Origin: Eledone cirrhosa
Lineage: Eukaryota
NCBI GenBank assembly: GCA_964016885.1
Contig: OZ024742.1
Location: forward strand, 314,030,001-314,094,000
Direction: 5' to 3'
DNA length: 64,000 nucleotides
Shown here piece by piece: positions 1 through 9,962 of this stretch (position 1 is its first letter; each line of letters begins with the position of its first letter). Below the pieces are notes generated by a model, which had not been told where the DNA came from, did no database searches, and was given only the letters and a program-made list of their open reading frames with translations. The translations under genes and the position numbers were made by a program.

Positions 1-316
1 AAGTTAACCTCGGCGGGATTTGAACTCAGATTATAAAGGCCCGTAACTCTTTGCTGCAAATCATGGCGTCCGACCCTCTACCGATACTGCCAATCCATAA
101 TAATGGTTTCTGATTTAGGTACAATGCCAATCATTTTAAGAGGAGGGGAAAGTCGATTAAATCGACCCCAGTGTATTATTGGTGCTTTATTTTATCGACC
201 TCATAAGGACGAAAGGCAAAGCTAATCTCGGCTGGATTTGAACTCAGAACGTAAAGAGCCTTAACTCAATACCACAAAGTATGTTGTCCGACGCTCTACC
301 GATACAGCCAATCCAA
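1..316 (-). mobile_element. Two tandem copies of tRNA-derived SINE family 1 (first cut by the window edge)
   Basis: Reverse complement has A-box-like TGGCAGTATCGG, B-box GAGTTCAAATCC and the central ...CTTTGCCTTTC.TCCTTA.G.GGTCGATAAAATAAAG.ACCA block. The same unit recurs more than 10 times in the window. Confidence 0.85.
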
Positions 317-590
317 GTGATAATAACCATGATTCTCTTCTTCATCCTACGCTGAACATCATCTTTTTCCAACTCTGACTCTTCTCATTCTGCTCCTCAA
401 TATCAAAAGCTACATTCTGTGAAACAGCTTTGCTCTTATATAATATAGAACGAACAGATATTTTTCTCCTTTATTTCGCGTTCCCTAATAATGTATGGCT
501 GTCACACACTAACGAATTAGTGTATTGTGGGCTTGTTTATGCTAAAGAAACCCCTTGTGGATTACAGTTTCAATTTTATTATACTGACAC

Positions 591-630
591 CATCTATCTA
601 TCCATCTATCTATCTATCTATCTATCTATC
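591..630 (+). repeat. (TATC)n array at the 5' junction of Tx1-A1
   Basis: Direct tetranucleotide repeat that ends exactly where the element 5' UTR begins. Confidence 0.95.
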
Positions 631-850
631 TCTGGGATGGACACACGCGTATAACTTGCTGAGTAAGTTCTGTTTAAATTTCTATAGAAATTCTTGTCTG
701 ATAACTTTAATTTTTGTACCATTTTGTAGAGGGACTGCCAGGTCAAACTTTGATCTGGTCAGTCTCTCAAAATATTCTACGCCTTTAGGCGAAATAGTTA
801 AACAAAAAAAAAAAAAGTTTTTTCTTGTTGAAAAGTCAATATTTTTTTAA

Positions 851-2644
851 ATGGCCGAAGCTTCTTCACCAAAATTCGAAGGAGGAAAGGGGAAGATGAA
901 CTTACAGCTTCCCCCTGCCACTGTCACAGTAGCAGAGGTCAAGAAGAAAGGTCAGCCAGAGGAAGAATTCTCTTCACCTGTTAACCGACAACTTGACGTT
1001 GCCATGGCAACAACCCAAAGAATCAGCAGCAACAGCAACAACAACAACAATGCGACGGACGAAAACAACACCAATAACAATAACAATAACAACAACAACA
1101 AGACCAATAACGGTGACAACAACAACAATGATAACAACAACACCACCAACGACAACAACAACAACACAAACAAACAAAATTTCTCCTTCGCCGAGACGAC
1201 AAGGAAAACCCTCGACTATCTGCCAGTAGATATAACAAAAGCGAAGGAGCTACTGGCGGATGCGAAAAAATATATAGTGTACGGGGAAAATGGTTCATTC
1301 ACAATCCATTCCCCCCCGGAACTAAAAAGCCAGAGACTCCTAAACACGGTCATGTTTAGGACAATCTCGAACAAAAGTAAAAAACCAGCTCAACCATCAC
1401 AGAGCGAGATAGAGCTGGTTTTAAAAGACGTCATGAAGGACATCACCTTCATTCAGAAGGATAGACTCTACGGGAGTCTATCCATTCTCATGAAGGACAG
1501 GGACACAGCAGTGAAACTGTCCATCAAACCAATCACATCCACCGCATACACCTTCTACCCTACGTACATGGGTAGAAGAACACAAAAAATAAAAATCCAC
1601 ACCATCCTGCCGATTATGGACATATGGTGGGTTTTGACAGGTTTTCTGGACCTGGAGGATGACATGCTGGTGTCCATGGGAAAGGCATCGGGTGACGCGT
1701 TCAGTGGAACGAGCCTCGAACTTGTAGTTCAAATGAGGCCCGAAAGGATCGCCCAGATCCCTGAACGCGTCATACTGGATGATCTAACCTTCATCAACAT
1801 TACCGTTGAGGGTAGACGGCCCTCGTGTTACCTCTGCGGAACCAGAGGTCACCTGAGGGCTGTCTGTCCCCAACTTAATAAGAAAACCCCAATCCTGCCT
1901 ACACCACCAACAACTGCACAACCAACACAATCACCACAACTACCACTACAAAAACAATCACCACAGCTCAAACCAAAACAAAACAATGTCCAACCCATCC
2001 CCTCCACTCAAAAAACAAAAACAATTTCCAAAACACCCGTACCGCAAACACAACCCGAAAATATACCCCTCCCCTCCAACGCGGAAGATGACCCTAGTTC
2101 GTCGTCAGACGAGGAGGAGCACTTCCACACAATCAAAAGAAAAAAAAGAAAACACACCTCAGACACACAAATGAAAAAAACCCCTCCCCAAAACATAACA
2201 CTGACACCAACACAAAAGAGCTCACAACAGCAAACAAAAAACACCACACAAAAACAAAAACATGCATACACATACATAAATACAAGAAACAAAAAACTGT
2301 TAAACATTGTGTACAACAACAATCTAATAAAAACACAAGGGCCTAACTTCACCCAGGCAGGGGATTTCCCCCACCTCAAAATGATTAAGGCCCCACAGGA
2401 CACCTATAAAACTTTAAAAAACAATTTTAAAGAGGACGTGGGTCCCCCCTGCGTCGGGCCCATTAACCGCGTCCTCCTAAAAAACTATCCCACCCCCTCC
2501 CCAAACACCCACACAACTCCAAGCTCCCCAACCACACAACACACTGATGCCCCCACACTTCCACAAACCACCACCCCACCCAACAACCCATCCCCCACCC
2601 TAATGGAAATTGTGCAGCCCGATACCCGGGACGCAGAGAGGTAA
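851..2644 (+). CDS. LINE ORF1 protein (Asn-rich N-terminus, probable RRM-like core, one CCHC zinc knuckle, Pro/Thr/Gln-rich tail)
   Basis: 597 aa ATG ORF; CYLCGTRGHLRAVC = CX2CX4HX4C; lies directly upstream of the APE-RT ORF; homologous to the broken ORF1 at 58.7-60.5 kb. Confidence 0.88.
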   Translation: MAEASSPKFEGGKGKMNLQLPPATVTVAEVKKKGQPEEEFSSPVNRQLDVAMATTQRISSNSNNNNNATDENNTNNNNNNNNNKTNNGDNNNNDNNNTTNDNNNNTNKQNFSFAETTRKTLDYLPVDITKAKELLADAKKYIVYGENGSFTIHSPPELKSQRLLNTVMFRTISNKSKKPAQPSQSEIELVLKDVMKDITFIQKDRLYGSLSILMKDRDTAVKLSIKPITSTAYTFYPTYMGRRTQKIKIHTILPIMDIWWVLTGFLDLEDDMLVSMGKASGDAFSGTSLELVVQMRPERIAQIPERVILDDLTFINITVEGRRPSCYLCGTRGHLRAVCPQLNKKTPILPTPPTTAQPTQSPQLPLQKQSPQLKPKQNNVQPIPSTQKTKTISKTPVPQTQPENIPLPSNAEDDPSSSSDEEEHFHTIKRKKRKHTSDTQMKKTPPQNITLTPTQKSSQQQTKNTTQKQKHAYTYINTRNKKLLNIVYNNNLIKTQGPNFTQAGDFPHLKMIKAPQDTYKTLKNNFKEDVGPPCVGPINRVLLKNYPTPSPNTHTTPSSPTTQHTDAPTLPQTTTPPNNPSPTLMEIVQPDTRDAER

Positions 2645-2668
2645 GTGCCTTTTCTCTTCACCACCAAC

Positions 2669-5600
2669 ATGGCTATGCTAAGAGTAGGCTGTTTAAATGC
2701 GCGTGGCCTGGGCTCAACTTGGAAGCAAGCAATGCTTCTAAATGACCTCAGGTCACAACGTATAGATGTGATGGTTATTTGCGAGGCCCGGATCAGCAAC
2801 GTGCGACAGCTGGCCCCCACCTTTGATGACTTTGAGATGCACGCATCTCTCTGTCAGCCCGGAGGTGGGGGTGGAGTTGTCGTTCTGCTGCAAAAACATC
2901 TGGGTCTCGCAACACAGATGGTACATTTGGACCCGGAGGGTCGACTAGTGGTTCTGGACCTTGGCAGTGGTAAAGGCGGAGCGTTTAGGTTGGTAGCCGC
3001 CTACGGCCCTTTCGGGTCAATGCGGCCGGACTTCTTCCATCGTCTGGAGACTTTTCTGGGGACGTCCCGCTCCTTGCTATTAGTGGGGGACTGGAATGGT
3101 ATCCTAGATGCACGCTGGGACTACGTAGGGGCCTGCCCCGATAGAGAGGGGTGTAATAGCCTCAAAGGGTTAATCGGTCGATTTGACCTGGCCGATAGAT
3201 ATCGACTAGATTTTCCGACTGCGCCAACCTGGACTTGGGCAAATCGTAGCGGATCATCTAGGTCGTACCTAGATAGGTTCTTAGTTAGAATTAAGGATAA
3301 GGACTTTTTAAGTTGTCCAAAAATGCGCATGGTTGGCTATTCAGACCACAAATTAGTGACCTGCATGGTCAACCTTGACAGAACTCATAGACAGGGCCCC
3401 GGTTACTGGAAGCTCAACTTGTCCTTGCCGGCAAGTAGAGCCTACAGGAATCGGATTAGTACGTTAGTTAAGGAACGGTTGACTGGAGCGATCGTCAACA
3501 GCAGGTGGTGGGTATCTCTAAAGAGAGAGATTAGAGTAGTCTCGATAGAATTTAGTAAGGTTCTAGCTGCGGATAGGAATAGGAAGGAAAGGGAGCTAAT
3601 AGATAGAGTAGAAGAGGCAATTAGAAGCGGCGACGTGGCCAGAGTGCTAGCGTCGAGAACGGCTTTGAGCCAGTTTTTCGACGCGAAGCACGAAGGCTGC
3701 GTTGTCCGAAGTAAAATACGTGCTCTAGGGAACGAGGGGACCAAAGCTGTTAGCTGGGCCCGCGTGACAGAGGCCAACAGTGGAACTAAATCCACCATCC
3801 GGTCTTTGCGAGACCTGGATGGACGGGCGATTCTTGAGCCTAAGCAGATGTGTGAGGCCTTTCAAAGGCACTTTGCCCGACTGTTCGGGAGGGGCGGGGA
3901 GCCGGTTGGGAACGTGGACTTCGGTCCATACCTCGACGGCCTGCCGCGCCTCTCGGACAGGGAGGCGAAGTCCTGCGAGGAGCCGATTTCGGCCGCTGAG
4001 ATAGAGGACGTGCTGAGCCAATGCGGCAAAAGCAAATCCCCGGGTCTCGATGGTCTTCCTTACGAATTATATCTAGCTATGCCGGACTTGTTCCCCGATC
4101 TCCTCGAGGCGGTCTACTGCAACTGGCAACAGAATGGGAGAATTCCCTGTACTGTGACCAAGGGCGTAGTCACGCTAGTGAGGAAGGACGAGAACAAGGG
4201 GGACGAAATAAGTAACTTCAGGCCCATAACTCTGCTAAATACAGAGTTACAGATTTTGGCCAAGGTGCTAGCAAAGAGGTTGGCGCTTGTCGTGGGCAAC
4301 CTGGTGGGAGATGCGCAGACATGCGCTATCCCGTCCAGGTCCATCCATGACAACCTCCACCTCATGCGATACATCATAGAGAGGGTTGGGAACGAACCCG
4401 GCTTTGGTGGGGCTCTGATCAACTTGGATCAATCTAAGGCGTTCGATAGGGTCGACCATGGTTACCTGGATGCGGTGCTAGCGGCGGCAGGCTTCGGACC
4501 CGTTTTCAGGGGCTGGATCACTGCTATGCACAGCAGCCGCATCTGCTCTAGGGTCAAGGTGAACGGCTACCTCTCGGAGCCGTTCAAAATCGCGCGGTCC
4601 ATCCGACAGGGGTGCCCTCTCTCCTCCCTTCTGTATGTGTTGACTCTCGAGCTACTGCGGAAGTTGGAGTTGTTGCAGGGCATCCCTTTGGAACCGGGAT
4701 TGCGGAAAGCGGTGTCGGCCTACGCCGATGACGTGACAGTAATGGTGTCGACGGCCTCCGAAATCGAGGCGGTCGGCACCTTACTGGAGGAGTACGAAAA
4801 GTTCACAGGGGCTAAGCTGAACCGGGACAAGTCGATCGGTTTGCAACTCGGCACGTGGAGGGGCAGACCGATACCCTCCGATGGCGTCGTCGGACGCTGG
4901 ACGGAGGGCCCGGTGAAGTTGCTCGGGGTCTGGTTCGGACCGGACCTCCAGGTGGAGAAAAACTGGGCGGAGGTTACGAACAGGGTGTTTGCACTGACCC
5001 AGAAGTGGGCCAGTTGCAAACTATCCCTGAAAGGTCGGGCGGAGGTGGCGAACACCTACATAGCGTCCGTCATCTACTACCGCCTGACCGTAGTGCCCTG
5101 CCCAAGGGAAACCCTCACCAAGATGGAGCGCGCGCTCTTCCAATTCCTTTGGAAGAGGCGGGCTCCTATGGTGAGGAGATCCATCTGCTGTCAACACCCT
5201 TCGAAAGGAGGGCTGGGGATGCCGTGGCTAATGATGCGTAAACACGCATTAAGGCTACGGCACCTCTACGTATTCCTCAACGGTCAGCCGGTGTGGGCCC
5301 CGTTTGTGAGGCGAGCCTTCCCACAGCTCGTCTCGCTCACCGAACTGCAATCCTGGGTGAAGCAAAGACCGAGAAAACTGGGCAACTGGCACACTGAGTA
5401 TGCCCAGGCGCTCACGGCTATCTGGCAAGCGGACCCGACTGTCAGTGGAGAATCCACCTCAACATTCTATAGAGGGTTGGTGGCTAGCAGGGGCGACGAC
5501 ACCCTTGGAGAGTCGCTAGGCATGGAGGAGGACGAACTGGCCAGCCTGTTCGGTAGAACTTTCGGCCCGGGACCCATGGACAACTTCCAGAGGTCCCTAG

Positions 5601-6103
5601 CCTGGCAGTGTTACCGGGGGGCTCTGCCCGTTCGAGAAAAGCTCTACAGACACGGGCGCCCGGGCAGGGATCCCGCGAAAAAGATCTGTCCCAGATGCGT
5701 GCGCGACGAGGAAACCGTTGCGCATGCACTGGTACACTGCCCGGGCGTTGCCGATCTGTGGGGCTACGTCGAACGACTGCTGTCGCGTGTGGCGCCGATT
5801 CGATTAACCGCCGAGTCTGTGGTGAACATCAAGCCGCCTCCTCCCTTCAGAAATGAAGCAGAGGCGGTCTTTCTGTGCGTAATAGCCATGATGAAAGAGG
5901 TTGTGTGGTGGACGCGCCTGAAAGGTCTGAGGTCGGGTGACTTTCTCTCCGGCCATCACCTGGTTTACTTCTTCCGATACCACTTCGGAAGAAGAATCAG
6001 GATGGGGAGAGAAGTGCTTGGTCCCAGACAGTTTTATGAAAGGTGGGTGAAAGAAGCGAGAATGGCCCGTGTAAATGGGCCTTCTCTCTACATTGTTCTG
6101 TAG
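2669..6103 (+). CDS. LINE ORF2 protein: apurinic-like endonuclease + reverse transcriptase + C-terminal CCHC
   Basis: APE motifs LNARGL, ICEA, VGDWN, SYLDR, YSDH; RT motifs KSPGLDG, FRPITLLN, LDQSKAFDRVDH, RQGCPLS, YADD, KGGLG; CPRC-EETVAHALVHC. First ATG is at 2669 (the ORF track starts at GTG 2645). Confidence 0.95.
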   Translation: MAMLRVGCLNARGLGSTWKQAMLLNDLRSQRIDVMVICEARISNVRQLAPTFDDFEMHASLCQPGGGGGVVVLLQKHLGLATQMVHLDPEGRLVVLDLGSGKGGAFRLVAAYGPFGSMRPDFFHRLETFLGTSRSLLLVGDWNGILDARWDYVGACPDREGCNSLKGLIGRFDLADRYRLDFPTAPTWTWANRSGSSRSYLDRFLVRIKDKDFLSCPKMRMVGYSDHKLVTCMVNLDRTHRQGPGYWKLNLSLPASRAYRNRISTLVKERLTGAIVNSRWWVSLKREIRVVSIEFSKVLAADRNRKERELIDRVEEAIRSGDVARVLASRTALSQFFDAKHEGCVVRSKIRALGNEGTKAVSWARVTEANSGTKSTIRSLRDLDGRAILEPKQMCEAFQRHFARLFGRGGEPVGNVDFGPYLDGLPRLSDREAKSCEEPISAAEIEDVLSQCGKSKSPGLDGLPYELYLAMPDLFPDLLEAVYCNWQQNGRIPCTVTKGVVTLVRKDENKGDEISNFRPITLLNTELQILAKVLAKRLALVVGNLVGDAQTCAIPSRSIHDNLHLMRYIIERVGNEPGFGGALINLDQSKAFDRVDHGYLDAVLAAAGFGPVFRGWITAMHSSRICSRVKVNGYLSEPFKIARSIRQGCPLSSLLYVLTLELLRKLELLQGIPLEPGLRKAVSAYADDVTVMVSTASEIEAVGTLLEEYEKFTGAKLNRDKSIGLQLGTWRGRPIPSDGVVGRWTEGPVKLLGVWFGPDLQVEKNWAEVTNRVFALTQKWASCKLSLKGRAEVANTYIASVIYYRLTVVPCPRETLTKMERALFQFLWKRRAPMVRRSICCQHPSKGGLGMPWLMMRKHALRLRHLYVFLNGQPVWAPFVRRAFPQLVSLTELQSWVKQRPRKLGNWHTEYAQALTAIWQADPTVSGESTSTFYRGLVASRGDDTLGESLGMEEDELASLFGRTFGPGPMDNFQRSLAWQCYRGALPVREKLYRHGRPGRDPAKKICPRCVRDEETVAHALVHCPGVADLWGYVERLLSRVAPIRLTAESVVNIKPPPPFRNEAEAVFLCVIAMMKEVVWWTRLKGLRSGDFLSGHHLVYFFRYHFGRRIRMGREVLGPRQFYERWVKEARMARVNGPSLYIVL

Positions 6104-6333
6104 GTGAAGAAGTGAAGAGGAAAGGGGGAGCGCCTCCTCTCTGGGCTTCCCCCGCGAAAAGAGTTGCACACTTTTCGGGGGTATGTGCAATCCCCAACAC
6201 GCCCCCTCCCTTTTGAGGACTTTTATTGTTATATTATTATTGTTATTCCTTTTTTCTTTACTCGATTTATGTAAACTCCCCCACTGTGTAAATGTCCCCT
6301 TCTTTTGTGCCCTCGTGGCAAATAAATAGAAAT

Positions 6334-6334
<1 letters not shown>

Positions 6335-6397
<63 letters not shown>

Positions 6398-6440
6398 TAG
6401 CTCCCTTTCCTTCCTATTCCTATCCGCAGCTAGAACCTTA

Positions 6441-6501
<61 letters not shown>

Positions 6502-6534
6502 CATCCATCCATCCATCCATCCATCCATCCATCC

Positions 6535-6592
<58 letters not shown>
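6335..6592 (+). repeat. (TATC)n/(CATC)n array with a 43-bp unique insert, between A1 and A2
   Basis: Visible tandem repeats at 6335-6397 and 6441-6592. Confidence 0.9.
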
Positions 6593-6593
<1 letters not shown>

Positions 6594-7681
6594 CTCACCG
6601 GACAACCGGTGTGGGCCTCGTTTGTGAGACGAACCTTTCCCAGACTCGTCTCACTCACCGAGCTGCAATCCTGGGTCAAGCAAAGACCGAGAAAACTGGG
6701 CGCCTAGCACACTGAGTGTGCCCAGGCGCTCACCGCCCTCTGGCAGGCGGATCCGGTTATCAGTGGAGACTCCACCGCAACATTCTATAGAGGGCTGGTA
6801 CGCAGCAGGTGCGACGACGCCCTCGGAGAAGCCCTAGACATGGAGGAGGACGAACTGGCCAGCCTGTTCGGTAGGACATTCAGCCCGGGACCTATGGACA
6901 ACTTCCAGAAGTCCCTGGCCTGGCAGTGCTACCGAGGGGCTTTACCCGTTCGAGAAAGGCTCTACAGACACGGGCGCCCGGGTAGGGACCCCGCCAAAAA
7001 GATCTGTCCCAGATGCGTGTGCGACGAGGAAACCGTTGCACACGCATTGGTACACTGCTCGGGCGTAGCCGATCTGTGGGGCTATGTCGAACAACTGCTG
7101 TCAAGGGTGGGACCGATCCGGTTGACCACCGAGTCTATTGTAATGATCAAGCCGCCCCCCCCTTCAAAGATGAAGCAGAGGCGGTGTTTCTGTGCGTAAT
7201 AGCCATGGCGAAAGAGGTTGTATGGTGGACGCGTCTGAAAGGACTGAGGTCAGGCACCTTTCTCTCTGGCCAACAACTGGTCCGTTTCTTCCGTTATCAT
7301 TTCGGAAGAAGGATCAGGATGGAGAGAGAGGTGCTGCACCCCAGCCGTTTCTATGAAAGGTGGGTGAAAGTGGCGAGAATGGCCCGTGTGAATGGGCCTT
7401 CACTCTACATCAGACTATAGGTGAGGAAGATGAAAGACCAAGGGAGCACCCCTTCTCTGTGCTCCTGAGGAGAAGGGTTGCACACTTTTTTCGGGGGTGT
7501 GTGCGACCCCCAAGGCGCCTCCTCTCTATTGAGGATTTTGTTAAAAATCTTATTTTTTGTTATATCTTATTTTATTTTTATATTTTGTTATTGCCTCCTC
7601 CTTATTGAGGACGCCTTTTTGTGTAAACTCCCCCTTTGTACTTGTCCCACTTTTGATGCCCTAGTGGCAAATAAAAGAAAC

Positions 7682-7682
<1 letters not shown>
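6593..7682 (+). mobile_element. 5'-truncated Tx1 family A copy A2 (defective ORF2 3' end + 3' UTR)
   Basis: Homologous to A1 from about 5274 onward; premature TAG near 6705 and 1-nt frameshift near 7155; AATAAA at 7670 followed by (TATC)n. Confidence 0.92.
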
Positions 7683-7761
<79 letters not shown>

Positions 7762-7762
<1 letters not shown>

Positions 7763-9886
7763 AGAGTTACAGATTTTGGCCAATGTGCTAGCAAAGAGGT
7801 TGGCGCTTGTCGTGGGCAACCTGGTGGGAGATGCGCAGACATGCGCTATCCCGTCCAGGTCCATCCATGACAACCTCCACCTCATGCGATACATCATAGA
7901 GAGGGTTGGGAACGAACCCGGCTTTGGTGGGGCTCTGATCAACTTGGATCAATCTAAGGCGTTCGATAGGGTCGACCATGGTTACCTGGATGCGGTGCTA
8001 GCGGCGGCAGGCTTCGGACCCGTTTTCAGGGGCTGGATCACTGCTATGCACAGCAGCCGCATCTGCTCTAGGGTCAAGGTGAACGGCTACCTCTCGGAGC
8101 CGTTCAAAATCGCGCGGTCCATCCGACAAGGGTGCCCTCTCTCCTCCCTTCTGTATGTGTTGACTCTCGAACTACTGCGGAAGTTGGAGTTGTTGCAGGG
8201 CATCCCTTTGGAACCGGGATTGCGGAAAGCGGTGTCAGCCTACGCCGATGATGTGACAGTAATGGTGTCGACGGCCTCCGAAATCGAGGCGGTCGGCACC
8301 TTACTGGAGGAGTACGAAAAGTTCACAGGGGCTAAGCTGAACCGGGACAAGTCGATCGGTTTGCAACTCGGCACGTGGAGGGGCAGACCGATGCCCTCTG
8401 ATGGCGTCGTCGGACGCTTGACGGAGGGCCCGGTGAAGTTGCTCGGGGTCTGGTTCGGACCGGACCTCCAGGTGGAGAAAAACTGGGCGGAGGTTACGAA
8501 CAGGGTGTTTGCACTGACCCAGAAGTGGGCCAGTTGCAAACTATCCCTGAAAGGTCGGGCGGAGGTGGCGAACACTTATATAGCGTCCGTCATCTACTAC
8601 CGCCTGACCGTAGTGCCCTGCCCAAGGGAAACCCTCACCAAGATGGAGCGCGCGCTCTTCCAATTCCTTTGGAAGAGGCGGGCTCCTATGGTGAGGAGAT
8701 CCATCTGCTGTCAACACCCTTCGAAAGGAGGGCTGGGGATGCCGTGGCTAATGATGCGTAAACACGCATTAAGGCTACGGCACCTCTACGTATTCCTCAC
8801 CGGACAACCGGTGTGGGCCTCGTTTGTGAGACGAACCTTTCCCAGACTCGTCTCACTCACCGAGCTGCAATCCTGGGTCAAGCAAAGACCGAGAAAACTG
8901 GGCGCCTGGCACACTGAGTGTGCCCAGGCGCTCACCGCCCTCTGGCAGGCGGATCCGGTTATCAGTGGAGACTCCACCGCAACATTCTATAGAGGGCTGG
9001 TACGCAGCAGGTGCGACGACGCCCTCGGAGAAGCCCTAGACATGGAGGAGGACGAACTGGCCAGCCTGTTCGGTAGGACATTCAGCCCGGGACCTATGGA
9101 CAACTTCCAGAAGTCCCTGGCCTGGCAGTGCTACCGAGGGGCTTTACCCGTTCGAGAAAGGCTCTACAGACACGGGCGCCCGGGTAGGGACCCCGCCAAA
9201 AAGATCTGTCCCAGATGCGTGTGCGACGAGGAAACCGTTGCACACGCATTGGTACACTGCTCGGGCGTAGCCGATCTGTGGGGCTATGTCGAACAACTGC
9301 TGTCAGGGGTGGGACCGATCCGGTTGACCACCGAGTCTATTGTAATGATCAAGCCGCCTCCCCCCTTCAAAGATGAAGCAGAAGCGGTGTTTCTGTGCGT
9401 AATAGCCATGGCGAAAGAGGTTGTATGGTGGACGCGTCTGAAAGGACTGAGGTCAGGCACCTTTCTCTCTGGCCAACAACTGGTCCGTTTCTTCCGATAT
9501 CATTTCGGAAGAAGGATCAGGATGGAGAGAGAGGTGCTGCACCCCAGTCGTTTTTAAGAAAGGTGGGTGAAAGTGGCGAGAATGGCCCGTGTGAATGGGC
9601 CTTCTCTTTACATAAGCCTGTAGGTGGAAAAGAGGAAGGAACGAGGGAGCACCCCCTCTCTGTGCTCCTGAGGAAAAGGGTTGCACACTTTTTTCGGGGG
9701 TGTGTGCGACCCCCCAAGGCGCCTCCTCTCTATTGAGGATTTTGTTAAAAATTTTATTTTTTGTTATATCTTATTTTATTTTTATATTTTGTTATTGCCT
9801 CCTCCTTATTGAGGACGCCTTTTTGTGTAAACTCCCCCCTTTGTACTTGTCCCACTTTTGATGCCCTAGTGGCAAATAAAAGAAAC

Positions 9887-9887
<1 letters not shown>
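7762..9887 (+). mobile_element. 5'-truncated Tx1 family A copy A3 (RT to 3' UTR)
   Basis: Starts at the position equivalent to A1 4242; RT motifs QGCPLS and YADD; premature TAA at 9555-9557; flanked by (TATC)n at 7682-7762 and 9888-9962. Confidence 0.93.

Positions 9888-9962
<75 letters not shown>

Larger units (their letters stand above)
631..6334 (+). mobile_element. Full-length Tx1-like non-LTR retrotransposon, family A copy A1, inserted in (TATC)n
   Basis: 5' UTR, open ORF1 and ORF2, 3' UTR with AATAAA at 6321-6326, and (TATC)n on both sides. Confidence 0.93.

Noticed and set aside
2645-2668. GTG start for ORF2, and TTG start at 37361
   Set aside because: Artefacts of the prokaryote-style ORF track. 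ATG 2669 aligns with the family B start, and the Dong-like ORF is 5'-truncated.
3121-5729. Antisense and alternate-frame ORFs overlapping LINE ORF2 (also within B1, B2, A4 and the Dong-like ORF)
   Set aside because: Shadow ORFs of GC-rich coding sequence; they recur only because the elements are repeated.
6335-7762. Repeat-spacer-repeat pattern suggestive of CRISPR
   Set aside because: The repeats are simple TATC tracts and the spacers are LINE fragments; eukaryotic context and no cas genes.
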